This document shows positions 47,400 through 48,622 of a stretch of DNA of 48,622 nt, in pieces; the first letter of the stretch is position 1, and the number at the start of each line of letters is the position of its first letter. The stretch comes from Shigella phage vB_Shig_1KOFFS. The DNA lies in the sequence record PV615260. One strand, 5' to 3'. Made by a program: the position numbers and the translations under genes. The notes beneath the pieces are model-generated. The model was not told where the DNA came from. It saw only the letters and a program-made list of their open reading frames with translations, and did not search any database.

Positions 47400-47678
47400 A
47401 TGAAAAAGATGCTGGCTTTAGTTGTTCTGTCTCTTGGTCTTATTGGTTGCAGCGAAAAACCAAAAACATATGATTGCGGTGGTGAAGCGTTCGAGGTAAC
47501 TAGCAACTATATGAAAGTTGTAAAGGGTAAGAACTCTGGCGTTGTAATTGATGGCGCTGGCGAAAATCAATATAAACTGCTTACTCCTTTTGGGTACGCT
47601 CATTATGAAGTAAACAAAAACACTATTGATGTTAGTGTGGGCGCTTTTCATAATACCTTAACCTGCGAGGTTAAATAA
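47400..47678 (+). CDS. Small lipoprotein, candidate superinfection-exclusion protein
   Basis: Signal peptide with lipobox LIGC (MKKMLALVVLSLGLIGCSE); 92 aa. Confidence 0.5.
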   Translation: MKKMLALVVLSLGLIGCSEKPKTYDCGGEAFEVTSNYMKVVKGKNSGVVIDGAGENQYKLLTPFGYAHYEVNKNTIDVSVGAFHNTLTCEVK

Positions 47679-47680
47679 TA

Positions 47681-48412
47681 ATGGCAAAAGATATCACAGA
47701 CAAAGACACTCGTGACGCATTCATCACGTTTGAGCAATTGGAGCGCGAAACGTTTATTGGCAATGCCCTTGCCACTGGCGGACACTATCAGGCTGTCAGG
47801 CCCGACAAGTTTTACCAGGTAACAGGCAACCGATACGCCGGGAGCAAAACGCCTGATATTGTGCGCGATAAGTGGGCGACCGATCGCAGCCTGATCGCAT
47901 ACATGGAAGAGCGTTATGGCCCTTACGACCTCGACGCCGCCGCAGACAGAAGCAACGCAGTTTGCCCGAAGTTCTACGACGAAAAAACGGATTGCCTTAA
48001 ACGCTGGTGGGGTAAAAACAAGCACATCTGGCTAAATCCCCCTTACTCGTTTCCAGATCCGTTTATTCTCAAGGCCATTGAGCAAATGGAGCACGACAAC
48101 CAGATCGACATTCTGCTACCCGGCGACAATTCTACTGCCTGGTTCCGTGACGCGCAGAAAATGGCAGCCGAAATTATCTGGATTGTTGCAGATGTTGAAG
48201 AGGATGATGACGGGAACCAGTTAAGCCGATCCGGTCGCCTCGCATTCATCAATGGATTAAGCGGGAAGCCAGTCGACAACAACAATAAAGGAAGTGTTAT
48301 TTTCATCATGCGCAAGCTCAAGCCGGGAGAGGAGCAAAAGACGCTTTACATTCCGGTAAGCGAGATTTGCCCGTCATTAGCTAAAAAGCGTATGCGCAAA
48401 CGTGGGGTTTAA
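47681..48412 (+). CDS. dam: DNA N6-adenine methyltransferase (phage Dam-like)
   Basis: NPPY catalytic motif (WLNPPYSF). Confidence 0.75.
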   Translation: MAKDITDKDTRDAFITFEQLERETFIGNALATGGHYQAVRPDKFYQVTGNRYAGSKTPDIVRDKWATDRSLIAYMEERYGPYDLDAAADRSNAVCPKFYDEKTDCLKRWWGKNKHIWLNPPYSFPDPFILKAIEQMEHDNQIDILLPGDNSTAWFRDAQKMAAEIIWIVADVEEDDDGNQLSRSGRLAFINGLSGKPVDNNNKGSVIFIMRKLKPGEEQKTLYIPVSEICPSLAKKRMRKRGV

Positions 48413-48414
48413 AA

Positions 48415-48622
48415 TGGAACAGATCGAGTCTTTTGCTGAATATCTTCGAATCGTTGTTGAGTTGCTTAATAAATATGGCTTCATCGGAACAGACGAGGAG
48501 AAGTTAGCCTTTGCGGATACTATTGACGGAACTTACATTGAGTTCATGGATAACGGAATCCCGATGGCTGACTGGCCAGCCATCCTTGAACGCGAGCTAC
48601 TGGAATTCAGGTCGCACGAAGG
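48415..48622 (+). CDS. hypothetical protein, 3-prime truncated by window end
   Basis: ORF starting at ATG 48415 runs off the window. Confidence 0.4.

Overview
The window reads as a nearly complete, circularly permuted genome of a virulent T1-like siphovirus (Drexlerviridae-type); no integrase, repressor module, tRNA, rRNA or CRISPR array was seen. All calls are from reading the sequence and ORF track; no database search was run. Layout: (i) 1-4156 (+) small ORFs, an HTH-metallophosphoesterase, a HAD phosphatase, a dNMP-kinase-like protein and a lysis cassette (pinholin, SAR endolysin, unimolecular spanin); (ii) 4168-9427 (-) an accessory operon with a P-loop protein, a short C5-methyltransferase-like protein and small Cys-rich/acidic proteins; (iii) 9428-10090 a large non-coding control region; (iv) 10091-17235 (+) about 20 small early genes; (v) 17315-37165 (+) the structural module from terminase to a J-like tip protein; (vi) 37493-42350 (-) tail fibre, SSB, Erf and exonuclease; (vii) 42351-42845 a second control region; (viii) 42846-48622 primase, an HTH protein, HNH-AP2 endonuclease, SF2 helicase, VRR-NUC, a lipoprotein and Dam methylase. 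The most interesting signal is regulatory rather than a new gene: about 15 copies of a promoter-like cassette (dyad TAGCA-N5-TGCTA, a 22-bp hairpin spacer, then a -10-like hexamer), a ~110-bp inverted repeat pair 33 kb apart, and perfect 16-bp palindromes with GTAAGAT half-sites. Together these suggest an undescribed phage-encoded transcription control circuit.
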